A DNA stretch of 63,261 bases, the filler included, from Octopus bimaculoides (Eukaryota): NCBI RefSeq assembly GCF_001194135.2. It is 7 parts of 6 records of this genome, joined end to end, with 100 filler letters (N's around TTAATTAATTAA, not from the genome) between each part and the next. Parts side by side here need not be neighbours in the genome. Positions count along the whole stretch, not along the records: positions 36,252 to 50,760 come from NC_068985.1; positions 50,861 to 55,204 come from NW_026406503.1; 5 more parts are not named here. One strand, given 5' to 3'. The translations under genes and the position numbers were made by a program. Below are positions 41,560 to 53,800 of this stretch, one piece after another. Under the pieces are notes generated by a model. It searched no databases, was not told where the DNA came from, and saw only the letters and a program-made list of their open reading frames with translations. The first letter of the stretch is position 1, and each line of letters starts with the position of its first letter.

Positions 41560-42770
41560 GATGGATAAAATAAATCCGGATGTTTCGCTAAAGTATATAC
41601 CTATACCCAGTAAGAAGGATTATTATACGTGATCTTTTGGAGAAAACGAACCAACTTGTATGTAGAATGCTGTGGAAAGTTTTCATCTATGACAAGAAGC
41701 TTAAATCAAATGACAAACCTGAACATGGCGACCCATTAAGTATTCAAATCTAGGAGGGACCCACTGACTAACCAATACCTAACCAGATTTGAAGAAGAAT
41801 TATATAATATGGTTAGGAACGTGAAGTTCAGGAAGTACTCTAGAATATGTAATATACATCAATAGAAAATCAGAAAATTACTTGTCGACTTCAAGAAAGC
41901 CCCGGAGATACTTATACTAGCGGAAAAAACAAGTAACATTTACATTGATTATACTGAGTTATATAATGCAAACATAACACCCACAACTCGGATTATGAGT
42001 TAAAACCTCATACAGTAAAAAAAAAGAAAGAAAAAACAGTATCCGAATAACATGTATTTAGACATGTAACATTACAATCCAGATGTGTATATGTAGATAT
42101 ACATATCTATATATGTATACGTGTATGTATGTGTATGTGAATATATGTGTGTATGTCTGTCTGTCTTCGTGTGTGTGTGTGTGTGTATTAGGAAGGAATT
42201 ACACAGCAAATATAGACTCGCTAGTAACGACGACGTATTAAAAAGAATTGACAATACAGGCTTACAAATCGTTAGACATTTAACATTAGATGATAGAACG
42301 GAGCCATACGTCCCTAGAAAACCCTGGATTGTGCTCAAGGACCATAAACCTAACTTTTTTATTAACCCCCACTCAGATTGATTTGTCCTAAATCCGATAT
42401 AGGCAATATTAGTAAAAGATCACTGATAGGATAATACCTGCCCTTAAGTCTAAAATTTGATTAGCTCTCTGGTCTGATACCCAAGAGGTGGTTGGATGGC
42501 TTAAGCTTCAAAGAATTAGTAAGAGTAGTAAATTCTTGGAACTAGATATAGAGAGCTATTATGCCACTATCAACCTGATCGTCCTGATTTATAGCATGAG
42601 AAATTCCGATTTGTCCCGACGCGAAATAGAAATTATACTTCCTGAGCGAGCCACTTAATGATGGTAAATTACTTTTGATGGTAAATTACTTTTGATGGTA
42701 AATTACGGAGTAGATTAGATAGGGCGAATGCTTTTGATGTAGCAATGGGGTCATATGACTCTGCACAGGT

Positions 42771-42853
<83 letters not shown>

Positions 42854-43218
42854 TTTCATTAATCCAGTCTTCCTTTCCGGAAGTAACAGGGGATCTCTAT
42901 AGGGATGACGCCATATTTTTTTCTGGACAGAAGTAGCAAAGTACTGTTAGAATGGCATAGGAAAAATTTCTTTAGAAAATTTTTTGTTGCTTTGGACAAA
43001 TGTTTTCCTAACTAGTTGTTCAGTGTCCCACCCAAGAGGAATCGATGCTAAATCTATCGAAACAATTGTCGTGATTAATAATAAATTCTCGTATATTCCA
43101 TATATATATGTATGTGTGTATGTCTGTCTGTCTGTCTGTATGTATTTATGTATGTATGTATGCATGCATGTCTGTCTGTCTGTCTGTATGTATGTATGTA
43201 TGTATGCATGCATGTATG

Positions 43219-43249
<31 letters not shown>

Positions 43250-43615
43250 GTATGTATGTATGTATGTATGTACGGATATGTATATGTATGTGCGTGTGTA
43301 TATGCACGAGCTTGAAGCTAGTTGTCTAAGTATTATTCTTCCTTTCTCTTTCTACTTCCTTTTCCCTCTAAACAGTTATGACAGCGAAAGCTGATTAGGT
43401 TATTCTATCTAAACTGGAACGCATAATTTCTACGTTCGTATTTGAATATTTTGCGTTTCTATAATATATTATTTGTTTTTATTCATTTCAGAACTTGATG
43501 GGCATATAACAACAAGCCAGCCGACACTAAAAATCTCTAGTGAGACTTATTTATCATTGTACCTGAGGAGACCTAGACTAATGGGTCGAAACATATGTTG
43601 TACCTAATAAAAGTC
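41560..43615 (+). mobile_element. Decayed Penelope-like retroelement: RT remnant plus 3' tail carrying the hammerhead
   Basis: Translated pieces in the expected order: FEEELYNMVRNVKFRK, ILAEKTSNIY, WIVLKDHKPNF, KFLELDIESYYATI, FDVAMGSYDSAQV, LYRDDAIF, RKFFVALDKCFP. Interrupted by stops, microsatellites, a 17-bp tandem repeat (42661-42706) and an internal deletion. Confidence 0.85.
43559..43603 (+). ncRNA. Minimal type I hammerhead ribozyme (PLE-associated type)
   Basis: Stem I gtac; core CTGAGGA (43563-43569); stem II gaccta/tgggtc with loop gactaa; GAAA (43588-43591); palindromic stem III acatatgt; GTT cleavage triplet ending at 43599; stem I' gtac; AATAAA at 43606-43611. Confidence 0.75.
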
Positions 43616-43806
43616 TAATGCGAAATACATCTACTATTAATTAATACTATTGCCCTAACTGACACTGCGGAGTTATAAAGTAGATCCAACGGAAGTGTGC
43701 CACGACTGTGGGTGACAACAGGTAGCCTAAACTGTGCCGGTGCTCTACTCAACATTTAAACACTCAAATCGAATTATACGCATTTGTCCAAATTATTTAT
43801 TACATA

Positions 43807-44001
43807 TCTTCTTATATAAAATAGACCTGTATGTGTATGTGTATGTGTGTATTCGCTTTCCACGCGAAAACGGCTGGGCGAATTGCTTCCATACTTGAGA
43901 TGCATGAGTAATTTGACCCCTGCGCGTTGTGTTCAGCTCTACGTGTTTGTAGTCAGTCACTCAGTCACACGTGCGTTTTTATATGTACGTTTATATACAT
44001 T

Positions 44002-44041
<40 letters not shown>

Positions 44042-44148
44042 AGCGAGCGAGAGAAGGGGTGTGTTGTCATGTATACGGACATACATAAATACATATGCGT
44101 ACATCTTTTTTGTATGTATGTGTGTGTGCGTGTATGTGTGTGAAATAC

Positions 44149-44231
<83 letters not shown>

Positions 44232-44397
44232 TAGAGAGAGAAATAGAGAGAGAGTGGTGTCTAATTGGCATTTTCTGTCTCTCTCATACACGCAAACACA
44301 CACACATACATGCAAAAAAGATGTATGCATATTCATTTCTCTATGTACGTATACATGACAATGCACCACTTCACTTTCTCTCTATCTCTCTCTCACA

Positions 44398-44482
<85 letters not shown>

Positions 44483-45675
44483 GTCCATTTCATCTTATGT
44501 TGGATTCTGAATGTATGTGTGCGTGCGTACGTGCGTGCGGTGTTCCACAATCGCCATTTATTTCGGTCACTCTTATGAAGATATTCACGTAACTTCTACT
44601 TATTATTTTCATTTAATCCCCGTTTTAATTTTCAAAAAATTTCTAAGAACAATGTTCTCACTCTCTACAAGAGGAGACGGGGTAGATATAGATGATCAGT
44701 GTTCTACAGTGAAGCATAGACTAGTGCAGGTAGCCAGAGTCAGTGTTGTATTCTGCAACTCTGTTAACTTTATTAAGTATGTTTGCAAATATATAAACAA
44801 AGGTTTAGATGCTGCAACATACATTCTTATGCAGAATGGCAGTCAGGAGATTTTAAAATTTTTAAAATTTTACAATTCATGAGAGGCACCATTCATCTGA
44901 GTGTCCATTTAGAGAATGGTCAGAGGGCTATCTATACAAAACGTGGGTTATCATTACCCAACAGAGTTCCTTAACTCTCTTGAGCCACCAGGAACTCCTC
45001 CACATAAACTTTTTCTTAAAGTAGGAGTCCTAATAATGCTTCTAAAAAATTTAGATTTTCCTAAATTATGCCATGAGACAAGGTTGACTGTAAAAACATT
45101 ATCAACTAATATGATAGAAGCTACCATCATCACTGGATGTGCGTCTAGGGAAGAGGTTTTCATTCCAAGAATTCCAATCAAACCAACAGACATGTACTTT
45201 GAATTCAAACAAACACAATTCTCAGTGCGACTTTGCTTCGCAATGTCTATTAATGAAGCTCAAGGTCAGACTTTCAAATCTACCGGCTTGCACTTAATTG
45301 AGCCTTGCTTTTCTCATGGTTAAGTTTATGTTGGTTACTCCAGGGCTGGTAGTTTGTAAGACATATTTGTCTATGCTCCAAACCAGAAAACAAAGAATGT
45401 TGTTTACTCAGAAGCTCTTACATAATATACTTCAACAACATGTGATAGAATTTATCTCCCTTCATAAAAGTGGTAAATTTTGTATTTTCGCATTTTATTA
45501 GTATTATTATTTTTTGCATTATGAGTTCCGAATTGATTTCCCATTTGGAGAATAAATTGTATCCCAATTGAAGAATAAATGGAATTTAGAATAACAAATG
45601 CCTATATAACACTTTGCTTTTTTCTTCCAATATTTAAGCAACAATTTCATTCCCGATTAACGCCGATTGCTTCTG

Positions 45676-45679
<4 letters not shown>
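43807..45679 (+). mobile_element. Internally deleted Helitron with Rep and PIF1-helicase remnants
   Basis: Putative 5' end a|TCttcttatataaaa. Rep-region motifs FCNSVNFIKYVCKYINKG and [11 protein letters not shown] join directly to the helicase C-terminus [10 protein letters not shown]...[12 protein letters not shown]...CFSHG. Decayed 3' hairpin plus ctaa (from CTAG) before (TA)n. Confidence 0.85.
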
Positions 45680-45746
<67 letters not shown>

Positions 45747-46021
45747 GTATGTATGTGTGTGTGTTGTTGTTGTTTTTCGCAATGGTCATTTTTTTTTTTG
45801 CCAAATAAACACGCGCACTATGTGTATATATTTTTCTTCACTTACTGTTATTTTATTATTTTAACGCCTGTCCATTGTCTGGAAATATTTCGTCACACAT
45901 CCGTGGCCTCTTCAGTGACACTTTTCGTTTACATGTGTGTTCTTGCTCCACTTACTCCATTCTGTTCTTCTAAGATGTGTATCCTTAGGTGCGCATGCGT
46001 TTGTGTCCTTGTTTGTGTGTA

Positions 46022-46060
<39 letters not shown>

Positions 46061-46856
46061 GTATGCTTGCGTGTGTGTCGTAGTTTTTAGCAGCAGTGTG
46101 GTCTTCCCCTCAGCCCCATCCTCTCACCCTACTGTGCTGCTGCTGTCCTAAGACCCGAAAAAAATACGATACAGTTCCTGTATGCCTCTGTGTTGTATGT
46201 TCACCCACGATGTTGTCATCGTGGTAGTTGCTGTTGTTATTGCCATCGTTGACAACACCGCTGTTGCTAACCGTATTAGTTGTGTTGCTGACATCGTTTT
46301 GGCCGTCCATGAAGTGTAATGTGCGAGTGTTTGTGTGTGTGTGGCTTCGCTTCGTATGTATCCATGCTCTTTATATAGTTTTAGTTATTTATTCTATCTA
46401 TCTCTGTCTTACATTTATCACAGGTATGACAGATATATTTATATATTTATTTATTTATCTATTTATATATATATTTATTTACTTTTTTATTTACAACTAT
46501 CTCTATTTCTCATAAGTATCACCGGTAAGTGCTTATATGTCTATTATGTGTGTATTACCCTGTATGTTTCTGTGTATTATTTACGTTTTTTTTCTTCTCT
46601 TTTCACTCTCTCTCTTCTCATCCCTACTGTCTTTAGTCATATGGTGTGGGGTGGTGGTGAGTGTTACTGTTCCATTCGTGTTCTCTATTTAGGCCCGGTC
46701 AGTTTACTGTTATGTGTGTAGCCTCTGTAATCTGTCTACGTGTCGTGTCAGTTCTATGTGTCGATAGCACTTTAACCGCTATGCTATTAATCGAGCCTCC
46801 ATATTCTGCCTGGGCATGTTAGTAGAGCACTGACGAGTTTTCCCTTCTTTCATCTC

Positions 46857-47870
46857 TCACCAATGTGCACTTGTACTCTCTCCTATGATGCGTGCAGTCT
46901 CTCCAATGTAGGTAGTTGTCATGTTTCTGCACCATTCCTCAGTACATCGTAAGTTATACACTACATTCCTAACCATACAGTTAACCCGTGAGTTCATCCT
47001 ACATACTACAAAATTGTACTCCGTACAGGGGGACTTATCAAAAGGATGGGTATAGCAGATCAGGGATTTTATAGGGACACCAGGCATTTCTACTATTTTA
47101 ATCCGTAGATTAGCCTTACTTGTTTTTTTTTCTGAAAAGGTGTGCTTGTTCGCCGCCAGGGGTACCATTAACAAACACGACACTCTGGTATTTCTTGTTG
47201 TCATACCAAGTGTTGGCCTTATTTATCTTATTACTGGTCCTTTCTGTGCTGTTCCATGATTTACTCCTGTACAGCTGGCAGATCCCCTTAGCATCATTCT
47301 GATATGATGGCGTTGTACTTAGACCTGGCTCCTTTCTACACTCTAATCTTGTCCCTTTGGTTGTAGCCAGAGAACTGCAGGCGGTGGATGAAGTGTTGTA
47401 TACGCCTTTCCAATTCATAGTGTCGCACATGCGAGACACATTCCCCATCACTCTCATCAAGTCAGCTACAAGAATGTTGAACATGGCGTTGTCCGCGATA
47501 ACTGTGTTCTTGTGAACAAGGTACTAACAGGCCATGGGTCTGACATAATGGGAGTGAAGGATCTGGACCTTACTATTCTTAGTTTCTAGCCAGAGTTCCG
47601 TGTCTAAACAGGTAACTTATAGTTGGGGTGCTTGTTAGGGTAGTCTATCGTTAATTTAATACTACGTTGGATGGAGCTAGCTATTTGCTGGATGCTCTCC
47701 ATAGTGTTAGCTTCTAGATCATCAGGATTGTCTTGTAGGGGTATTTTGGCTACTATATTCATACCATCCTGATAGCGGGAGTACATGATTAGGTTTATGG
47801 AATTTACTATCGCACTCTGAAACACTTTTTCTTTCATTTAATATCTTATTAAGATCATGGTGCTGAAAGT
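46857..47870 (-). mobile_element. Decayed Penelope-like retroelement of a second family: RT C-terminus plus GIY-YIG endonuclease
   Basis: SRYQDG (decayed YVDD), IKLTIDYPNKHPNYKLPV, a Cys-rich linker, and the GIY-YIG pattern NVVYNLRC...YIGETARIIGESTSAH. Confidence 0.85.
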
Positions 47871-48120
47871 TTTCCACTAAACTTGTTGGTATGGTTACCT
47901 GATATTTTTGAAAATTGTATAAGAGTTGCGAAACAAAATAAGATTGTGGACAACTGTTCTAAGCAATCGCTCGACCTACTATAGATAACCAGCATACAAA
48001 TAATAACAAAAGCAACAGCTACACTATCAATAATAACACCTCCTTCTGTTCTTCTTACAAATATTTTTTACTAGTAAATCAATCAACCTTGTTTTCAAAT
48101 CATACCCATCGGCGTTTGTC

Positions 48121-48183
<63 letters not shown>

Positions 48184-48202
48184 TGTTATTATTATTATTA
48201 TG

Positions 48203-48390
48203 AAGGTTGTGAGCTGGCAGAATCGTTAGCATGCTGGACGTTCAAATTCCGCCGAGGTCAACTTTGCCTTTCATCCTTTCGGGGTCGATAAATTAAGTAC
48301 CAGTGAAACTCTAGGGTCGATGTAATGGATTCAACCCCTCCCCCAAAATGGCTGCCCTTGTGGCAAAATTTGAAACCATTATTATAATAA
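48203..48390 (+). mobile_element. SINE family A with a deletion between the A and B boxes, tail type 1
   Basis: gagctggcagaatcgttagcatgctggacgttcaaattccgcc..., inserted after (ATT)n. Confidence 0.85.
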
Positions 48391-48471
48391 TGAAGAAGCC
48401 GTGATATCTTACAATTTCACGAAGCTCCAGATTTATAAGTGTGAGATTTTATACTATCCGGGTTTACTCAC

Positions 48472-48577
48472 AGAAAGCAAGCACGCAGCTTCTGGTTAAT
48501 GGACAAACATTTTTCATCGCAATAGTACTGCTTAACTACTATCGTAACTACTTCTTCATGTGTTCTGGCGTTATAAT
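48472..48577 (-). CDS. Candidate exon (106 nt, phase 1 to 2): (D)YNARTHEEVVTIVVKQYYCDEKCLSINQKLRACF
   Basis: Minus strand reads gctttcAG|attataac...tgctttct|GTgagt. Only the phase-1 frame is open, compatible with the acidic exons. The sequence is non-repetitive. Three artificial spacers lie between it and the acidic exon array. Confidence 0.5.
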
Positions 48578-49133
48578 CTGAAAGCTTGCATATTTATGGT
48601 TGTCTCAATCCAACGGCTTAAGCACAATCACTGAGAGCAAAACATATGCTCCTCTGCATTTGCCCGTAAGTTCTGCCACTTTGACACGCTACCGCCACCT
48701 TCCGAAATTTCCAATCTCTACAAATGGATCTCATAACTAATCCAATTTTAACAGCGTATCCAGTAGTCTGCTTAAAAAAATCTACAAAACATTCTGATCC
48801 GTTGTTATTCCCATTCAGCTCGGAACTTCCTTTTGCTTCTGAACCACACGTCTGCTAAATAACTCATTCGACCACTTCGATTGCATTTCCTCTCACCTAA
48901 TACGGCATAGTATGCAAACACTGTTGTCAAGACGAGGTGCTGCTCGGGTGATCGGTTCTATGAATATTTAACTGTCTGTAACCACGTCTGAAGAAATCCT
49001 AAACTCGTATTCCGTTACTTTAAAGCATTTGATTGCCCCAATTAGCTGGTCGTCGCTATAGGGGAAAACGTCTCAACTTCAGCTTGGAAACTTCCAGTTT
49101 CAGGCTTTGAATATATTCCTCAACTCACATATA

Positions 49134-49226
<93 letters not shown>

Positions 49227-50860
49227 TGTGTGTGTGTGTGTGCGTGTGTGTGCTGTGTATGCTGTGTGCGCACACGTGTGTGTGTATGAGCGAGAGAAAG
49301 GATTATACATCCACCTGAAGTTTAGTCACTGAATAATAGGTTTGATCATAATATTACTCATTGGTTTCGGGCTTAACCGTCTTATATTACTTTAATAACA
49401 TGTGAATGTGTTTGTGTGCATGTGTGTGCGCATGTGTGTAATAATACGCACGGTATATATATCGGCGAGAAATTGTTGATAAATCGATGCGTCAAATAAA
49501 AGTACATTTAATTATTTATAATCCGAGCAATTTGCGCAGAGATTTATTTTTATCATTCTCAAAGAAAAAAGGGAAAACAAACTATGTCGTATGATGATGC
49601 TAAAGGTCACATTCTTCCATGAGCGTATGTGTATGTATAGGTGAGGAGATAAATTTAATGGTAGTGAACTATTTCATTTATCTGTACCAATTTGTATTTG
49701 TCACTGACCGATAGTAGTAGTAGTAGTAGTAGTAGTAATGATTGGTGTAGAAAAGGGTATTTGGTCCTAGTAATTGGCTTGACTTAAGTGGTTCCAATTG
49801 AGCTGACGGCTTTAGTATGAGAATGGTATGAGAATGGTATACGAAACATTGACTGATAACCCAGAACAGCATAAAAAATACAGCCTTTTTTTCCTTAGAA
49901 AGTTATTATTTTGTAAAATACGTCTGAATTTTTCTCGTTGAAACCCAAAACAACTATGAATTATGATCAAAGAAATTCCATTGTAACTATAGACCACAAA
50001 AATTATCTAAAACCTATCAACTGCACAATTGCTCAGAAGTAATTGAAACTGTAGTGTTAAAGAACTCATTCATTATATTTATTTGTAACTGTTCCAACGG
50101 AGATGTGAAAACACTTTTATATTGCATACTCAATATTTATTTGGCGGTCTGCAGTCATTGAGCTATTTTCTTCGAACAGCAGCCTCATGTTGTACCGTAC
50201 TGAAGCAGACTCTTTTGAAAATTAATAGAAGGCTTCAGAGTTTGTCTTTATATTTTTTTACTGCCCAAGTTCCTTTTTCTGCCATCTCCCTTTTGAGTGT
50301 GTATTTCAGTTGTTTCAATATGGGGCATTGCTTTGTTGAAATAGGAATTTTTCTCTATACTTTAGTGACCTGCTAAGACGATTCGAGATCTTTATTCGTT
50401 GTCACCTCAAAATTTTCCTATCTCTGGGAATCATGTTTTTATGTTGGCTTAACATTCTTTCTGGACAAACTTATGCAAGAGTGGATGCGTGATAAGAAGC
50501 TTGCTTCCGTGAACAGAAGTGGATGTGGGCCAGCTGTGTTTCCATCCAATTAATGAAAACAAAGAACATTTGAAGAACTCGCCAAAGTAAGTCGGTTTTG
50601 TTGCTCAGCTGAGCAATAATTTGTTGTGTATTTTTTTCAGCAGGTTTTTGTTCAGCATTGCGACATTTTCGCTTGCCTTTGGCGGGTTTTTTGTGTTTGT
50701 TCGTTTACGAACAAAATTGTATGTTCATTCTCTGTGGTAGGCGGGTTCGCTCCTGCCATANNNNNNNNNNNNNNNNNNNNNNNNNNNNNNNNNNNNNNNN
50801 NNNNTTAATTAATTAANNNNNNNNNNNNNNNNNNNNNNNNNNNNNNNNNNNNNNNNNNNN

Positions 50861-53800
50861 ACGAACGAACGAACGAATGAACGTACGTACGTAAGAACGA
50901 ACAAACGAAAGAACGTACGAACAAACGAACGAACGTATATACGTAAGAACGAACGAATGTAAGTACGTACGTACGTAAGAACGAACGAACGTACGTACGT
51001 AAGAAAGAATAAACGAACGAACGATCGAACGAACGTACATGAGATCGAACGAATGAACGGGTGGACGGACGGCCGGACGGACAAACGAACGAAAGAACGT
51101 ACGTACGTCAGAATGAAGGAACAAACGTACGTACGTAAGAACGAATGAACATACGTACGAAAGAACGAACGAACGTACGTACGTAGGAATGAACGAAGGA
51201 ACGAACGAACGAATGAATGAACTACGTACGTAAGAACGAAACGAACGAACGAACGTACGTACGTACGTAAGAACGAACGAACGAACAAACGTACGTACGT
51301 AAGAACGAACGAATGAACGAACAAACAAACGAACGTACTTACGTAAGAACGAATGAACGAACGAACGAACGAATGAACGAACGAACGAACGTACATACGT
51401 AAGAACGAATGAACGAACAAATGTACTACGTAAGAGCGAACGAACGAACGAACAAATGTACGTACGTAACAGCGAACGAACGAACGAACGTACGTACGTC
51501 AGAACAAACGAACGAACGAACAAATGTATGTACGTAAGAGCGAACGAACGTACGCACAAATGTACGTACGTAAGAGCGAACGAACGAACGTACGTACCTG
51601 CGTAAGAACGAACGAACTAACGTACGAACGAACGAGCGAACGAACGAACGTACGAACGAACGAACGAACGAACGTACGTACGTACCTAAGAACGAAAGAA
51701 CGACCCAACGAAGGAATAAACGAACGTACGTACGTAAGAACGAACGTACGAAAGAACGAACGACCGAACGAACGAACGAACGTACGTACGTACGTACGTA
51801 CGTAAGAACGAACGAACGAACTAACGTACGTACGTACGTACGTAAGAACGAACAAACGTACGTAAGAACGAATTAACGAACGAATGTACGTACGTAAGAA
51901 CGAACGAACGAACGAACGAATGTACGTACGTAAGCACGAACGAACGAACGTACGTACGTAAGAACGAACGAACGAACGAACGAACGAACGTATGAACGTA
52001 CGTACGTAAGAACGAACACACGAACGATTGTACGAACAAACGAACGAACGAACGAACGAACGAACGAACGTACGTACGTACGCAAGAACGAACGAACGAA
52101 CGTACGTATGTACGTAAGGACGAACGAACGAACGAACGAATGAACGTACGTACGTAAGAACGAACACACGAACGAACGTTTCGAACAAACGAACGAACGA
52201 ACGAACGTACGTACGTACGTACGTAAGAACGAACGAACGAACGAACGAACGAACGTACGAACGAACGTAAGTAAGAACGAACGAAAGAACGAATGTACGT
52301 TCATATGAACAAATGAACGAACGAACGTACGAATGAACGTACGTACGTAAGAACGAACAAACGAACAAAAGAAAGCACGTACGAACGAACGAGCGAACTA
52401 AAGAACGTACGAACGAACGAACGAACGTAAGTACGTACGTACGTAAGAACGAACGAACGACCGAACGAACGAACAAACGAACGTACGAACGTACGTAAGG
52501 ACGAACGTACGAAAGAACGAACGTACACACGTACGTAAGAACGAACGAACGAACGAACGAACGTACGTACGTACGTAAGAACGAACAAACGAACGAACGA
52601 ACGAACGAACGAATGAACGTACGTAGGTAAGAACGAACACACGAACGATTGTACGAACAAACGAACTAACGTACGTACGTACGTAAGAACGAACGAACGA
52701 CCGAACGAACGAACGAACGTACGTACGTACGCAAGAACGAACGAACGAACGTACGTATGTACGTAAGGACGAACGAACGAACGAACGAATGAACGTACGT
52801 ACGTAAGAACGAACACACGAACGAACGTTTCGAACAAACGAACGAAAGAACGAACGTACGTACGTACGTAAGAACGAACGAACGAACGAATGTACGTTCA
52901 TATGAACAAATGAATTGAACGAACGTACGAATGAACGTACGTACGTAAGAACGAACAAACGAACTAACGTACGAACGAACGACCGAACGAACGAACGAAA
53001 GATCGAACGAACGAACGTACGTAAGAATGAACGAAAGAACAAACGATCGAACGAACGTACGTACGTACGTAAGGACAAACGAACGTACGTAAGAACGAAC
53101 GAACGAACGAATGTAAGTACGTAAGAACGAACGAACGAACGAACGAACGTACGTACGTAAGAACGAACGAACGAACGTACGTACGTAAGAACGAACGAAC
53201 GAAAGTACGTACGTACGTAAGAACGAACACACGAACGAACGTACGAACAAACGAACACACGAACGAACGTTTCGAACAAACGAACGAACGAACGAACGTA
53301 TGTACATACGTACGTAAGAACGAACGAACGAACGAACGTACGAACGAACGTAAGTAAGAACGAACGAAAGAACAAATGTACGTTCATATGAACAAATGAA
53401 CGAACGAACGTACGAATGAACGTACGTATGTAAGAACGAACAAACGAACAAAGGAACGCACGTACGAACGAACGAGCGAACGAACGAACGTACGAACGAA
53501 CGAACGAACGTACTACGTACGTACGTACGTAAGAACGAACGAACGACCGAACGAACGAACAAACGAACGTACGAACGTACGTAAGAACGAACGTACGATA
53601 GAACGAACGAACAAACGAACGTACGAACGTACGTAAGGACGAACGAACGAACGAACTAACGTACTTACGTAAAAACGAACAAACTAATGTACGTACGTAA
53701 AACGAACGAATGAATGGACATACGAACGAACGAACGTACGTACGTAAGAAAGAACGAACGAACGAACGTACGAAAGAACGAACGAACGACAAACGAATAA

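Noticed and set aside
47895-47971. Possible 77-nt minus-strand exon (AG...CAG|GTAACC)
   Set aside because: Two frames are open and the acceptor overlaps what looks like a repeat-derived fragment, so there is no discriminating evidence.
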